A stretch of DNA of 64,000 bases. Origin: a virus (Duplodnaviria; Caudoviricetes). Shown in pieces: positions 1 through 9,703 of this stretch. Made by a program: the position numbers and the translations under genes. The notes beneath the pieces were generated by a model. It was not told the DNA's origin. It made no database searches and saw only the letters and a list, made by a program, of their open reading frames with translations. The stretch covers positions 32,001-96,000 of the IMG/VR virus record IMGVR_UViG_2910903598_000004; one strand, written 5' to 3'. Position 1 is the first letter of the stretch. Each line of letters starts with the position of its first letter.

Positions 1-306
1 ATATTGACGACGTATTTTGATTCTAAACATCTCAACATCTGCGATAAGATCATCCCAACAATGAATATATAATCCACTGTCCTTATGATGAACAGGGATA
101 GATTTCCCATGGCTTTCTAAATCAAATCCACACACAACATACCCTAAATCTGTAAAATGTGCTGCAAATTCTTCATATCTGTCAATGTATTCCGTCATTC
201 CATGGATTACCTGCATTACTCCAACTGGTATACATTCAGGCTCCCAAACATAACCATGCAGCTTAAATTTATCGTTTCTCTTAAATGTAAATTCTGTTTT
301 TTTCAT
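1..306 (-). CDS. Alpha/beta hydrolase (lysophospholipase-like), runs off window
   Basis: Manual translation MKKTEFTFKRNDKFKLHGYVWEPECIPVGVMQVIHGMTEYIDRYEEFAAHFTDLGYVVCGFDLESHG; HG-x-EY..RY and D..GHG-like motifs. Confidence 0.8.
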   Translation of the reverse strand, partial: MKKTEFTFKRNDKFKLHGYVWEPECIPVGVMQVIHGMTEYIDRYEEFAAHFTDLGYVVCGFDLESHGKSIPVHHKDSGLYIHCWDDLIADVEMFRIKIRRQY

Positions 307-917
307 TTCATTTCCTCTTTCTGTAAAATTGTATAATCCGGATTAATGTAACTCTTCATAAAGCGATACTGATACTTCTCCCATATCCACTTACGATTAC
401 TTTTTAGTAGAGTAATGGAATCTCCTTTCTCTACACCGTTTGAAAATGAAAGAAGCGAAGGAAATTGAATTCTAGTACCTTCCGGCAATCCATCAAGTTT
501 TAATAATTTTCTCTTAATCTGTAAGTTTGTATGACACTGTTTTCTCCATTCCATCGAATTTTCATCATTTGTGTCAGACAGCAGATTAAGAATAATTTCA
601 GGACATTCTCTACGAATTGGCATATCGGACTCTCTTTCAAGATTCAGATAAATAAATTCTTTCTTTTCTGTTTTTGTATCAATGACCATAGCTGTAATTT
701 CCTGCTCTTCCTTTGGAATCTCTTTATACTCCTGGTCATTGAATATTTTTGTTTGTACAACTGCAGCATAATACACGTTGCAATAAAAGGCAGCATGTAC
801 AACTTCATAAAGATCACTGTTGATTGTATCTAACAAAAAGCACGTACATTCTTTTTTTCGATCAATGTCTCCATTCTTTTTGAAATATTGTGCCTTATGA
901 CTTATCCAATTGCTCAT
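303..917 (-). CDS. Hypothetical protein (ICE/plasmid-type; YYAAV...ESDMP...CP..IL.LLS...WR..C motif)
   Basis: 204 aa ORF, RBS upstream, 4-nt overlap with next gene. Confidence 0.7.
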   Translation of the reverse strand: MSNWISHKAQYFKKNGDIDRKKECTCFLLDTINSDLYEVVHAAFYCNVYYAAVVQTKIFNDQEYKEIPKEEQEITAMVIDTKTEKKEFIYLNLERESDMPIRRECPEIILNLLSDTNDENSMEWRKQCHTNLQIKRKLLKLDGLPEGTRIQFPSLLSFSNGVEKGDSITLLKSNRKWIWEKYQYRFMKSYINPDYTILQKEEMK

Positions 918-936
918 TATTTTTCTCTCTTTCTCT

Positions 937-1425
937 TTAAATACTCATACGATTCAGTAATTTGGCGTTTGAATTCTCTTTCATACTAAGATGATAATGA
1001 TCTCCAATAATAATACTATCTATCATGGTAATTCCCAGTAAATCTCCCGCTTCTTTTAATTTTTGTGCAACCATACGATCTGCTTTTGATGGATTCGTAT
1101 CTCCGGACGGATGATTATGTATCATTACAAAAGTACTAGCTCCACATAATAATAATCGGATAAAAATTTCTCTAGGATTGCATATGGATGCAGAAACGGC
1201 TCCATGTGAAATTTCAAAGACACCAAGTGCTTGTGTTTTTGTAGTAAGCCCAACGACATAAACATATTCTTCTGCACGTCGATCGAGATGCAGCTGGTTT
1301 ATTGCAAAACGAGCAATTTTTTCAGGCTTATCAAATATATCTTCTGTAACATCGTAATAACCTATCTCACACAAAACATTCTTCTTATCCTTATCCAATT
1401 CTGTTCTGTATTCTTTAATTCTCAT
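937..1425 (-). CDS. radC: RadC-like JAB domain protein
   Basis: E...PREIF...HNHPSGD..PS.AD...D.IIIG JAB motif; GGAGG RBS. Confidence 0.9.
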   Translation of the reverse strand: MRIKEYRTELDKDKKNVLCEIGYYDVTEDIFDKPEKIARFAINQLHLDRRAEEYVYVVGLTTKTQALGVFEISHGAVSASICNPREIFIRLLLCGASTFVMIHNHPSGDTNPSKADRMVAQKLKEAGDLLGITMIDSIIIGDHYHLSMKENSNAKLLNRMSI

Positions 1426-1440
1426 AAATCTGTCCTCCTT

Positions 1441-1487
1441 ATAAAATGCACAAAAGACAGACGTATTTATGTCTGCCCTTTGTTTTT
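1441..1487 (-). terminator. CAGAC..GTCTG-core terminator-like hairpin abutting the radC RBS
   Basis: Minus strand ACAAAGGGCAGACATAAATACGTCTGTCTTTTGTGCATTTTAT immediately followed by AAGGAGG. Confidence 0.55.
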
Positions 1488-1521
1488 AATAATCTTTCAT
1501 TCAATAATTTCTCTTGAGTTT

Positions 1522-1785
1522 CTATTTTTTAGATGCGAATCTAGGAATAAATCCTTCAAAATTCGTTGCTGGAAACTGATCTCGTGCAATATGATCGATA
1601 ATTCCATAAAAATCATGTGTAAAATTAAATAAATCTGCTTGAAGCCATTCATCTAATCTGATGTTAAATTTGCGATCTGCACTTTCAATATCCATTAATA
1701 CTGAAAGTTTATCGTTAACATGAAGGCCCTCTTCTTTTGCACGCTGAATAATAGCTGCATATTTTTTATATCTTTCTTTTATCAT
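1522..1785 (-). CDS. Hypothetical protein (DUF6874-like)
   Basis: MDI...L...L.AD.FNF.HD..GI..HI.R...F.PRF pattern. Confidence 0.65.
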   Translation of the reverse strand: MIKERYKKYAAIIQRAKEEGLHVNDKLSVLMDIESADRKFNIRLDEWLQADLFNFTHDFYGIIDHIARDQFPATNFEGFIPRFASKK

Positions 1786-2714
1786 TATCTATTCTCCTTT
1801 TCTACAATTTTGATATTTCCTGTTTTTCGCTCATAATGATAAATGTTATAGCTTAGTTGATTGTCTTCTGAAACTATAATATCATTAGCTGCACCTAACA
1901 TTTCTTTTACATCATGAATGGAACAATCGTCGGGTAACACGATGCATTTATGTATAGATGACGGAATAATATAAAGATCTGAATGGAGTTTATTTGAAAG
2001 TTTCCATAGATTTTCCGTATAGAGAATTTCATTTGCTCCAAACAGCATATTTTCATTCGTAAGCATATACACCAGACGAGACTCTGCCTCTGGTGGATAC
2101 ATAATATCTACAAACGCTCTTGGTGCTCCCGCCATGAAGAGATACTCACGAGCAACATCATCAAGTAACGCAATTTTTGTCTTCATAATATGTTGACTCA
2201 TTGCCTTTAGATACAAATCCTTTTCACTCCAATCAAGGGCTTCCATAAGTTCGTTATTAACAATCCCTGTTTCAAATCCCTGATCTGTTTCTTCGCATAC
2301 TATACGATATATTATTGCAAGATCAAGAAATTGCCGATGTGGAACATGTTGAAGCATTTCTTTTGACTCTTCCATATTTACTAATTGAATAAATACTTTA
2401 GCTGTTTCTTTTGAGAGTTTTTCTTCTTTTTCTCTTCGATCTTCATGAAGAAAATACGCTTTTACCTGCTTAATAATTGTATCCAATGTATATGGAAAAT
2501 CATAATATGGAAGATAAATCTCATACAATTGCTGTATATTAATCACAATTCCTTTATCTTCTCCTTTTCTGGAGATTTTGATCCCATCCATCATTCTGTT
2601 TGTACATACTAGCTTAGAAAAACTTATCTCTAGTCCTGCTAACTCATTTTTTGATGCTTTTGGCAATTCTTTTTCTAATTCCAATTTGAATTCTTCATAG
2701 TTCATTATTTTCAT
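1785..2714 (-). CDS. DUF5688-family protein
   Basis: LVN.E...E.L..VPH..FLDLAIIY, MLTN....FGA, DLYIIPSSIH, LS..IYHY motifs. Confidence 0.8.
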   Translation of the reverse strand: MKIMNYEEFKLELEKELPKASKNELAGLEISFSKLVCTNRMMDGIKISRKGEDKGIVINIQQLYEIYLPYYDFPYTLDTIIKQVKAYFLHEDRREKEEKLSKETAKVFIQLVNMEESKEMLQHVPHRQFLDLAIIYRIVCEETDQGFETGIVNNELMEALDWSEKDLYLKAMSQHIMKTKIALLDDVAREYLFMAGAPRAFVDIMYPPEAESRLVYMLTNENMLFGANEILYTENLWKLSNKLHSDLYIIPSSIHKCIVLPDDCSIHDVKEMLGAANDIIVSEDNQLSYNIYHYERKTGNIKIVEKENR

Positions 2715-2727
2715 TATTTTCCCTCCT

Positions 2728-2880
2728 AAAAATAAAAAATGGCATAAAAATAAGCAGATATTTTATATCTACTCAATTTACACCATTTGGTTTATAAAAT
2801 TTCTATTTTTGTGTTTTCTAAAAAAAGTCACAGTTATATCGGTCTGTGAATCTAATAAAAATACATATTTATTATAACAT
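2728..2880 (-). promoter_or_regulatory. Repeated promoter/structured leader, copy 1 of 8
   Basis: TGTTATAAT; GTATTTTTATTAGATTCACAG-loop-CTGTGACTTTTT; terminal AGTAGATA..TATCTGCT hairpin plus T tract; RBS. Confidence 0.85.
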
Positions 2881-3119
2881 AAAATTTATATAAGAAAAAG
2901 AAGCAGTTAAACAATTTCTGCTTAACCACTTCTTTTCTGCAATCGCCCCAACCTGGAAAATTGAGCGATCATTTTAAATCGTAAATATATCAGGTAACCA
3001 TTATATCGGTAATACCTTTTCTATTACCAGAATATCATTTCAGTCTTTTCATGTCAATGTTTGAATCACATACTACTTTATGTTATTCAATTTTTTAGTT
3101 TTAATATTGATCTAAACTG

Positions 3120-3400
3120 TTAGATACTATTAATGCTATATGCACTTCTAGGTGTCACAATTAATGCATTATAAATATTCTTTTCCATAATACAATCTGA
3201 TCTATCTTTAGCTCCATTTCCTGTGTTATAACGTGGTATTTTTAAAAGTATAAGATCTTCTTTATAATATGTAGGTTTATTACGATATTCAATAATTCCA
3301 ACAAATTCTGAAGGTACACAAAGATAATTAACATCAAAACAAAAATTCATACCACAACCAGATTTAAAATCACCTAATTGATTTCTTTTGTTAATTGCAT
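3120..3400 (-). pseudogene. Frameshifted small hypothetical gene
   Basis: GGAGG-led ATG at 3400 (MQLTKEIN*) stops early; the downstream frame (LGDFKSGCGMNFCFD...) continues to 3120. Confidence 0.5.
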
Positions 3401-3442
3401 ATGTTGCCTCCTGTTCGTGATTCTACACATGTTTTTTCTCAT

Positions 3443-3721
3443 TTATACCTTATATTTTGCAACTGCATCTTCCCAGTTAGCTATGGTACAAACCTTGTCT
3501 ATTTCCTCTGCAATGCGTTCTATTTGCTTAGAAGAAACACAAGGAGTGTTTTTAAAAGCTCTACCTATTGCTAATTTAACATCATCTAAGGTTTTATTTT
3601 TTTTGAGTTTTAAATTATGCCTCCTTAATAAATTCGGCAATTTCTTTTCGCAAACATTACCGTAATTAACAAACCATTCTACCCATAATGCTTCTGCGAA
3701 TATTTCTTGTGGTAATCTCAT
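3443..3721 (-). CDS. Hypothetical protein
   Basis: 92 aa ORF with GAGG RBS. Confidence 0.7.
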   Translation of the reverse strand: MRLPQEIFAEALWVEWFVNYGNVCEKKLPNLLRRHNLKLKKNKTLDDVKLAIGRAFKNTPCVSSKQIERIAEEIDKVCTIANWEDAVAKYKV

Positions 3722-3988
3722 TTTGCACCTCTCAATTCACTTTTGAAAATTCTGCTTCTATAAGAACAATGTACTTTGGCTGTATGAACAATAGTCTCGT
3801 TTCTTTTATTTCTGTTTTAAAAAATATTTCATACGTTTTGTTCTTTCACTTTCTGACATAATGTCTCCTTTCTATATCTATAATCATCAATAGGTTTTCT
3901 TCCTGCCATTATAAACTCCTTTTATTCAATATTGATGGTACAAAAAACAAACAGCAATTTCTGTCTGTTTTTTGTACTATAAATTTTC

Positions 3989-5740
3989 TTAAATTCCAAA
4001 ATCAGCAAATGTTAACTGTGTTGCATTGTCAAGATTAATATTGTTTTTAGAAGCCAGATCCTTGAACTGACTATGACTATTATTAAACTCATATTCATCA
4101 ATAGGTTCGTGAAGATACCCCAGCTGTTTTAATTCAATAAATAATTGATCAAACAGAATAAAGAATCTCTTCCGTTCTTCGCCAGTTGGGTAAGCTGCGA
4201 TCATTCCATCTTCTGTTTCGCATACTACAGAATCTGCATGTCCACACAAATAATCATTTCTTCTTCCAGATTCTTTGAGTTTATCTTTGACATAACATGC
4301 AAATGCACGTGCAAATAATTCAACTTTGCTTTTCCAATATCCATTTTCTGTCTTTGTTGCTCCCTGATCGATTTTTTCAGCATTCATATAAAACTCTGTG
4401 AAAGTATTATCTTCATTTCTGATCAATCTATGGATCAGCGTTTTAAACGATTCTGGAATCGCATCAATTCTAAGCATATTGGTTGCATAGTGACCAACAA
4501 TATGCGAATCTACAATTTTTCCTAAAAAATCATCAAAAGCGTGACCCCATTCATGTGCCAATGATCCGGCCCCACGAAGTTTAGTAAGATTGATAACTTC
4601 TCTTCCTGGTTCATAATGAGCCAAAGCATTTCCATGACCTCTCGCACCAAAAGCGATTCCTAATGCTCCTGTTTCCAAACCTGCCAGTCCGATATCTTCC
4701 CGAGATATTTCTAAAGCATCAGCTAAATCACAAAATGCTTCATATGCCATATTTAAGTTAGCTTGACGGTCTTTGTCATTTGTATAATTTCCAAACTCAC
4801 CGCCGCGAATCTTAAATGCATTCAAGAAATCGTCTCCCACAATATTATGACCATGACGATAATCTTTTCCTTTTCGTTCTATATTTTCCAGCTGTTTTGG
4901 AACTAATTTTTTCTTACCTTTGCGTTTTGTTTTTCTTTTTTCTCCTGCAATTAATAAATCAATCAATGTATCCTTGAATAAAATAACTTCTGGTTTACTT
5001 CCATAAAAAAGAACATCACGACTTTCTTTACATAATAATAAATACTGCCCTTTTTTGATCTCTTCCAGATTAATCTCTTCACTTCTTGAATAGAAAGGAT
5101 ATGTCTTTCCTGATATTTTCCATGCAATGCAAGGTTTTCCTTTTTGAATTCCGAAACGCTCATGTTCAACCTTTACAGTTTCCTCGTCAAATTCTACAAT
5201 ATCGTATTTCTTTGATAAGAATTCCGTTTTTGATAAGCCAAATCCCGTTTTTTCCATCTTCATCTTTAGCCTATCGAGAGCGTCTTTCTCATGAAGCTTT
5301 AGAAATTTGTTCCCGTTAGCAATACCATAGTATGGTACAGCATAGTTATAACGACATGGTCCTGTCTTATAAAGCACTCCTTCTTCGCAAAGAATCTTTT
5401 CCCATGCAAGATTGATATCATCTTCGGTTTTAACCTTCATAACAATATCTCGAATCTTTTCGATTGCCTTGATGTATTCTTTTATGCTAATGTATGTGCG
5501 TTTCATGTCAGGGTAGATACAAGCTCGCATTTCTTTCAACCAGAAAACAATTAATCTCGGATATCCTTTTTCTAATAATTCTTCTGTATCAATCTTTTTC
5601 CAGATATTATCTCGTTTAACATATTTGCGTTTTTCTGCTTCTGTCATTTCAATTGTATCTTCAAAGATCATATTTCTTTCTTTCCAAAGATCCTTTTTGG
5701 CACCGCCAATTTTCTTTCCAAAATCATTTATTTTTTGCAT
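3989..5740 (-). CDS. Polyvalent-protein-type protein with zincin-like metallopeptidase motif and LPD1-like C-terminus
   Basis: N-terminal DFGKKIGGAKKDLW; GEFGNY, GIAFGARG, AHYEP..INLTK..GAGSLAHEWGHAFD (HExxH); ELFARAF..YV..YPTGEER. Confidence 0.8.
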   Translation of the reverse strand: MQKINDFGKKIGGAKKDLWKERNMIFEDTIEMTEAEKRKYVKRDNIWKKIDTEELLEKGYPRLIVFWLKEMRACIYPDMKRTYISIKEYIKAIEKIRDIVMKVKTEDDINLAWEKILCEEGVLYKTGPCRYNYAVPYYGIANGNKFLKLHEKDALDRLKMKMEKTGFGLSKTEFLSKKYDIVEFDEETVKVEHERFGIQKGKPCIAWKISGKTYPFYSRSEEINLEEIKKGQYLLLCKESRDVLFYGSKPEVILFKDTLIDLLIAGEKRKTKRKGKKKLVPKQLENIERKGKDYRHGHNIVGDDFLNAFKIRGGEFGNYTNDKDRQANLNMAYEAFCDLADALEISREDIGLAGLETGALGIAFGARGHGNALAHYEPGREVINLTKLRGAGSLAHEWGHAFDDFLGKIVDSHIVGHYATNMLRIDAIPESFKTLIHRLIRNEDNTFTEFYMNAEKIDQGATKTENGYWKSKVELFARAFACYVKDKLKESGRRNDYLCGHADSVVCETEDGMIAAYPTGEERKRFFILFDQLFIELKQLGYLHEPIDEYEFNNSHSQFKDLASKNNINLDNATQLTFADFGI

Positions 5741-5758
5741 AATTATAAACCTCTTTTC

Positions 5759-5971
5759 CTAAATACGATGAAAATTTTCTTCATTGGAAGCTTCAATACA
5801 TAATCGCATGTCATCGTAGCCATTATGATTCCCTTCTGTGTGTGCAACACAGTAATCTTCATGCACTTCTACGATCCTGCACTTTACGTTTTGTTCTCCC
5901 TGACTATCAAAATCTTCAAATTTCCACACAATCTCTTCATCAACTGTGAATTTTTTCTTTAAATTACTCAT
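5759..5971 (-). CDS. Small hypothetical protein
   Basis: Start moved to ATG after AGAAAGGAAG RBS (MSNLKKKF). Confidence 0.65.
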   Translation of the reverse strand: MSNLKKKFTVDEEIVWKFEDFDSQGEQNVKCRIVEVHEDYCVAHTEGNHNGYDDMRLCIEASNEENFHRI

Positions 5972-5990
5972 AATCTTTTTCTTCCTTTCT

Positions 5991-6019
5991 AACAAAAAAA
6001 GAGGACCGCAGTCCTCTTT
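5991..6019 (-). terminator. Intrinsic terminator abutting the next RBS
   Basis: AAAGAGGAC-TGCG-GTCCTCTTTTTTTGTT then AGAAAGGAAG. Confidence 0.75.
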
Positions 6020-6024
6020 CTAAA

Positions 6025-6977
6025 TTAATTCCAATGTGCATCAGTAATAAACATCTGATGATCGTTTGTTTTTAGATATGAGATGGAAAAATCTGAATAA
6101 TGTTTTTTAAAAACACCCTTTCCGAAAGTTCCATCAAGCACAAAATCTACATCAGCATCTCCGAATAAAATTTCATCATTAATCTCTGATTCCTGGAGCA
6201 CAAAATTTGGCAGACTTTTTTTTGTAGCCTGTAATTTTTCAAAAATCCATTTTTCAACCATAGCAATCGCTGAAAATCTCATCCCGATAATTTTGCTGAA
6301 CATATCCTCCACATCATTTTCATTGAAAGTAATCTTTAAATGATGCATTTCAATCAATGTTTTACACATTACTGATTCAAGATATGATTTCCAGTCTGGA
6401 AATTCAAAATGAGCATCGTGAGAGCAATGTATATTGCAATCTCTTTCAAAACCGTCTCCATTTTCATTTTTTTGATCTTATAAATGCAACTACGATCTAC
6501 TCCTTTTTCGATGTGAAGATCATATTCTACACCAATGTCTTCAAATAAAATGCGTGCTGCATTAGGAAGAACTATATTATTTGATGGTCTTGATTCTGGA
6601 ATATTACATTCAAATTTATATCTTGAATCCAACACAAAATCATATAAATCTGAATCAGGCCCACGATTTGCAAAAATGATTTGCCAGCTAATATCTTGAC
6701 GTGCATAAGTTTCTTGCTCGTAATTGAATAAATCATACATGATCTTAACTTTTTTTGATTCTGAGAGCTGATCATAATTCTGATCAAGCAATTCCTCATA
6801 TATCTCATCACAATCCCAACAAGTTTCGACATTTTTAATATCATGCTTGCTTGAATTCAGACTGTTTAATTTCTTTTTGAATCGAAAAGCAATATTTGAA
6901 ACAGCTTCTCTTTTTTCTTTAAATGTAGACACATACGTCTTTTTATTTTCGCTATTTTTTGCAATTACATAATACAT
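6025..6977 (-). pseudogene. Frameshifted paralog of 6999..7676 (ORFs 6369..6977 and 6025..6369 are one gene)
   Basis: Adding one A to the A7 run at 6467-6473 restores NENGDGFERD...PDWKSYLESVMCKTLIEMHHLK, matching the paralog NKAGDDFETD...PEWKANLEIEMCRVLILLHDLK. Confidence 0.75.
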
Positions 6978-6998
6978 AATTTTTTCCTCTTTTCTTTC

Positions 6999-7676
6999 TT
7001 ACTTCAAATCGTGTAATAAAATCAATACTCTACACATTTCAATCTCAAGATTTGCTTTCCATTCAGGATCCGTTGGATCAATTTCATAATGGTAAAATTC
7101 ATCATGATCTGTTTCAAAATCGTCACCTGCTTTATTCATATCCATCCGGTAAATTGCACTGTAGTTTTCTCCATTTTCGATGCAGAATTCAAATTCTACA
7201 CCAATATCTTCAAACCATATATACGCAGCTCCTGGAAGAGTTACTTCTCCAGAAAACATTTCTTCTGAAATATTACATTCAAATTCATAATCTGGATTCA
7301 TCATTAAGTTAACTATTTCTTTTTCTTTTAAAGGATAGTTCTTAATAATCTCCCAATGAATTACTTCTGTTCTTTTAGTCTTTTCGCTATGTTTTTCTTC
7401 ATTATATTCTGGAGTTAATTCATAGCAAATTGTTATTTCCATAGCACAAAAAATCCCAAATTCAAAGTTTTTGATTGATTCTTCTAATGTCTCATCATAC
7501 TTATTTTTATCCCAAGTTGATGTGATTTTCTGGTATTTCTTATTGTTAGTTTTCAAACGCTTTATCGTTTTCTGATATTGATCAACCACGAAATTAATCA
7601 TAGGCTGCATATCCTCAAATGGAAGCACAATAGATCCTTCTTCTTTTTCGCTGTTATAAATATGTAAATAATACAT
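6999..7676 (-). CDS. Hypothetical protein, tandem paralog of 6025..6977
   Basis: Shared MYY....NSE start and FECNI.E...LP.AA.I.FEDIGVE motif. Confidence 0.8.
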   Translation of the reverse strand: MYYLHIYNSEKEEGSIVLPFEDMQPMINFVVDQYQKTIKRLKTNNKKYQKITSTWDKNKYDETLEESIKNFEFGIFCAMEITICYELTPEYNEEKHSEKTKRTEVIHWEIIKNYPLKEKEIVNLMMNPDYEFECNISEEMFSGEVTLPGAAYIWFEDIGVEFEFCIENGENYSAIYRMDMNKAGDDFETDHDEFYHYEIDPTDPEWKANLEIEMCRVLILLHDLK

Positions 7677-7725
7677 GTTTTTCCCTTCTTTCTTTTAATA
7701 AAAAAGTAGAAGCAATTTCTTGATT

Positions 7726-8322
7726 CTACTCATTACATGGATGAAACTCTATCAAATGACTTTCCGGATCGATCAGACAGATTGGAATTTTGCCTTTTGC
7801 ATAACGTAAGCAGCTTGCAGTTCCACTATTTCTGTCTTTTGTAAAATCCTTATTCAAAGGATATAATCCAACGATCATCTGACTATTATCAACCATTTCT
7901 TTATTCCTTTCTAAAAGTGCTTTAATTTTTCCATCGTTTGTTGATACATCCAATGTTCGAATCTTGGAAACATCTACAATCTTATCTGACATAGATTTCA
8001 TCTTTCGATATTCTTTTTTGCCAAACAGACCTGTTTCATTCCAGAGTTCTTCCTGACCAACAAATGGAATATACACTTCATTTTTTAAGGAATACTCCTT
8101 CTTTAATGAATTTGCTGCCCAAAAAGCAAGCTGATCGATTCCCTGTGCTCCACCTGTAATAACTGTTAAGATTTCATCCGATTCTATTCTACAAAAACCT
8201 CGAAGGAAATCATGAATACAATCTACAAGTTTCTGATATTTTTCCTTGTTTTTGTATCCATACAGTTTATTGGGTCTTGGTCCGGTAAAGCAAATGGTTC
8301 TCATTGTACTGAAATCAGTCAT
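7726..8322 (-). CDS. SLOG-family (YspA/DUF1273-like) protein
   Basis: ICFTGPRP..L, ITGGAQGIDQ, RN..MVD.S, SGTA.C..YA. Confidence 0.85.
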   Translation of the reverse strand: MTDFSTMRTICFTGPRPNKLYGYKNKEKYQKLVDCIHDFLRGFCRIESDEILTVITGGAQGIDQLAFWAANSLKKEYSLKNEVYIPFVGQEELWNETGLFGKKEYRKMKSMSDKIVDVSKIRTLDVSTNDGKIKALLERNKEMVDNSQMIVGLYPLNKDFTKDRNSGTASCLRYAKGKIPICLIDPESHLIEFHPCNE

Positions 8323-8869
8323 TTTCTTCCTCACTTTCTGCCTTAACAGCCTTCTTAATCTCTGAAAATCCGTCAAAGAAAGCATTATCAAATATATCTA
8401 ATACAATTTCTGCTTTAGGTTTTAAACAATAATGCCCAAAATTCAAATTTTGAATTTTTTCATTCCAGCTTGTCCAGACAGCATATTCCCCTGTTTTTTT
8501 CTGTACCGCTGAAATCATATATAAATGAGCATCTTGTAGAAGATTGCTTTGTCTTGCAACACTGATTAACTCATAGTTCGGCAGCATTTTTTTGAAATAT
8601 GCATTGATATTTTTTCGTACTTTGTAGCTAACCTCTAAGGTTCTCCATGTACTCATTACCAGATCTTCCGTATACATTAATATGCGGTTTTCATCACTGT
8701 TAATGTCATGGAATTCTCCATTTTTGTCATAAAACTTAATGATTATGGAACCCTTATATTGTCCTCCTACATCTTCAATGGAAGCAAGCTGTGAAGTGAT
8801 CGTATCAATCTGCATAACTTCTCCATCTACTGTTAAAATGTCGCTTGGTTTTAATTCTAAATTCTTCAT
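8315..8869 (-). CDS. Hypothetical protein
   Basis: 184 aa ORF, AAGGAG RBS, coupled to neighbours; YAVWTSWN....LN.GHY motif. Confidence 0.75.
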   Translation of the reverse strand: MKNLELKPSDILTVDGEVMQIDTITSQLASIEDVGGQYKGSIIIKFYDKNGEFHDINSDENRILMYTEDLVMSTWRTLEVSYKVRKNINAYFKKMLPNYELISVARQSNLLQDAHLYMISAVQKKTGEYAVWTSWNEKIQNLNFGHYCLKPKAEIVLDIFDNAFFDGFSEIKKAVKAESEEEND

Positions 8870-9186
8870 AATTTCTCCTTTTCGCTATCGTCGCAGTATG
8901 TATCAAATGTATTATTGATAGTTTGATGCAGTTCGACCAAAGCATTGTTTATTTTTTCTTTGTATGTTTGTTCTGCAGTATCAATGCGTTTCTGGATTTC
9001 TTCGCCCTTTTCTTTGGTCGTGATAAACAGCGGTTTAAACTCGTATCCGGTATAACCTTCTACTGTGATACGATTATTTTTTGTGATGCTTTTGATGTTT
9101 CCACCAAGAATGAATGGCGCACTGTCATATTTCCAAAATCCATACAATGGTTTGTATGGATCGATGCAACTCATATCGATTTTCAT
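8866..9186 (-). CDS. Hypothetical protein
   Basis: Likely start ATGAAA at 9186; the upstream extension in the ORF track is IS-derived. Confidence 0.7.
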   Translation of the reverse strand: MKIDMSCIDPYKPLYGFWKYDSAPFILGGNIKSITKNNRITVEGYTGYEFKPLFITTKEKGEEIQKRIDTAEQTYKEKINNALVELHQTINNTFDTYCDDSEKEKL

Positions 9187-9461
9187 AAAAAATAACCTTT
9201 GGCAAGCCAAGTGCGGAAACCCCATTCCTTCAGGTGTGGGGAGGAGCACTCTAACGGCTATGCCATTTCCTTTCTTTGTTCTGTTAGATAACCACGAGGA
9301 GTTTCAAAAAATTGGATTTTTTTATAACTCAGGCTACCTTTGTTTACTTTTTCTTTTTTGTGAACTTGATCACATAACGCAGATGTAATACATCTGTAAT
9401 ATAGCCTTCGCCAATAACTTTTGTCACAAGCCACAGACCTTTACAGTCTGTGGTTATTGAC
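9187..9461 (-). mobile_element. Internally deleted IscB-type (IS200/IS605, OMEGA) mini-element
   Basis: GTCAATAACCACAGACTGTAAAGGTCTGTGGCTT left-end hairpin; ATTGGCGAAGG omegaRNA-like 3' piece; coding remnant EKVNKGSLSYKKIQFFETPRGYLTEQRKEMA* resembling IscB C-termini; right-end hairpin GTGCTCCTCCCCACACCTGAAGGAATGGGGTTTCCGCAC. Confidence 0.75.
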
Positions 9462-9484
9462 GGTATACACACCCATCCTTTCTG

Positions 9485-9641
9485 AAAATAAAAAAGGGCA
9501 TAAAAAAAACAGACAATAGATATCTGCTTAAATTTATACCCTTATGGTTTAAAGTTCTGTTTTATTATATATTCTTAAAAAAAGTCCTATTTATCCTATT
9601 ATGGACGAGGAATCTAATAAAAATACATTTGTATTATACCA
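9485..9641 (-). promoter_or_regulatory. Repeated promoter/structured leader, copy 2 of 8
   Basis: TGGTATAAT; GTATTTTTATTAGATTCCT..AGGACTTTTT; GGGTATAAA..GCAGATA..TGTCTG..TTTATGCCC plus T tract. Confidence 0.85.
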
Positions 9642-9703
9642 TATATATTTGCAAAAAAAAAGAGGCAGACGCATAAAAATACACGTCTGCTTCTTAATCT
9701 TCC

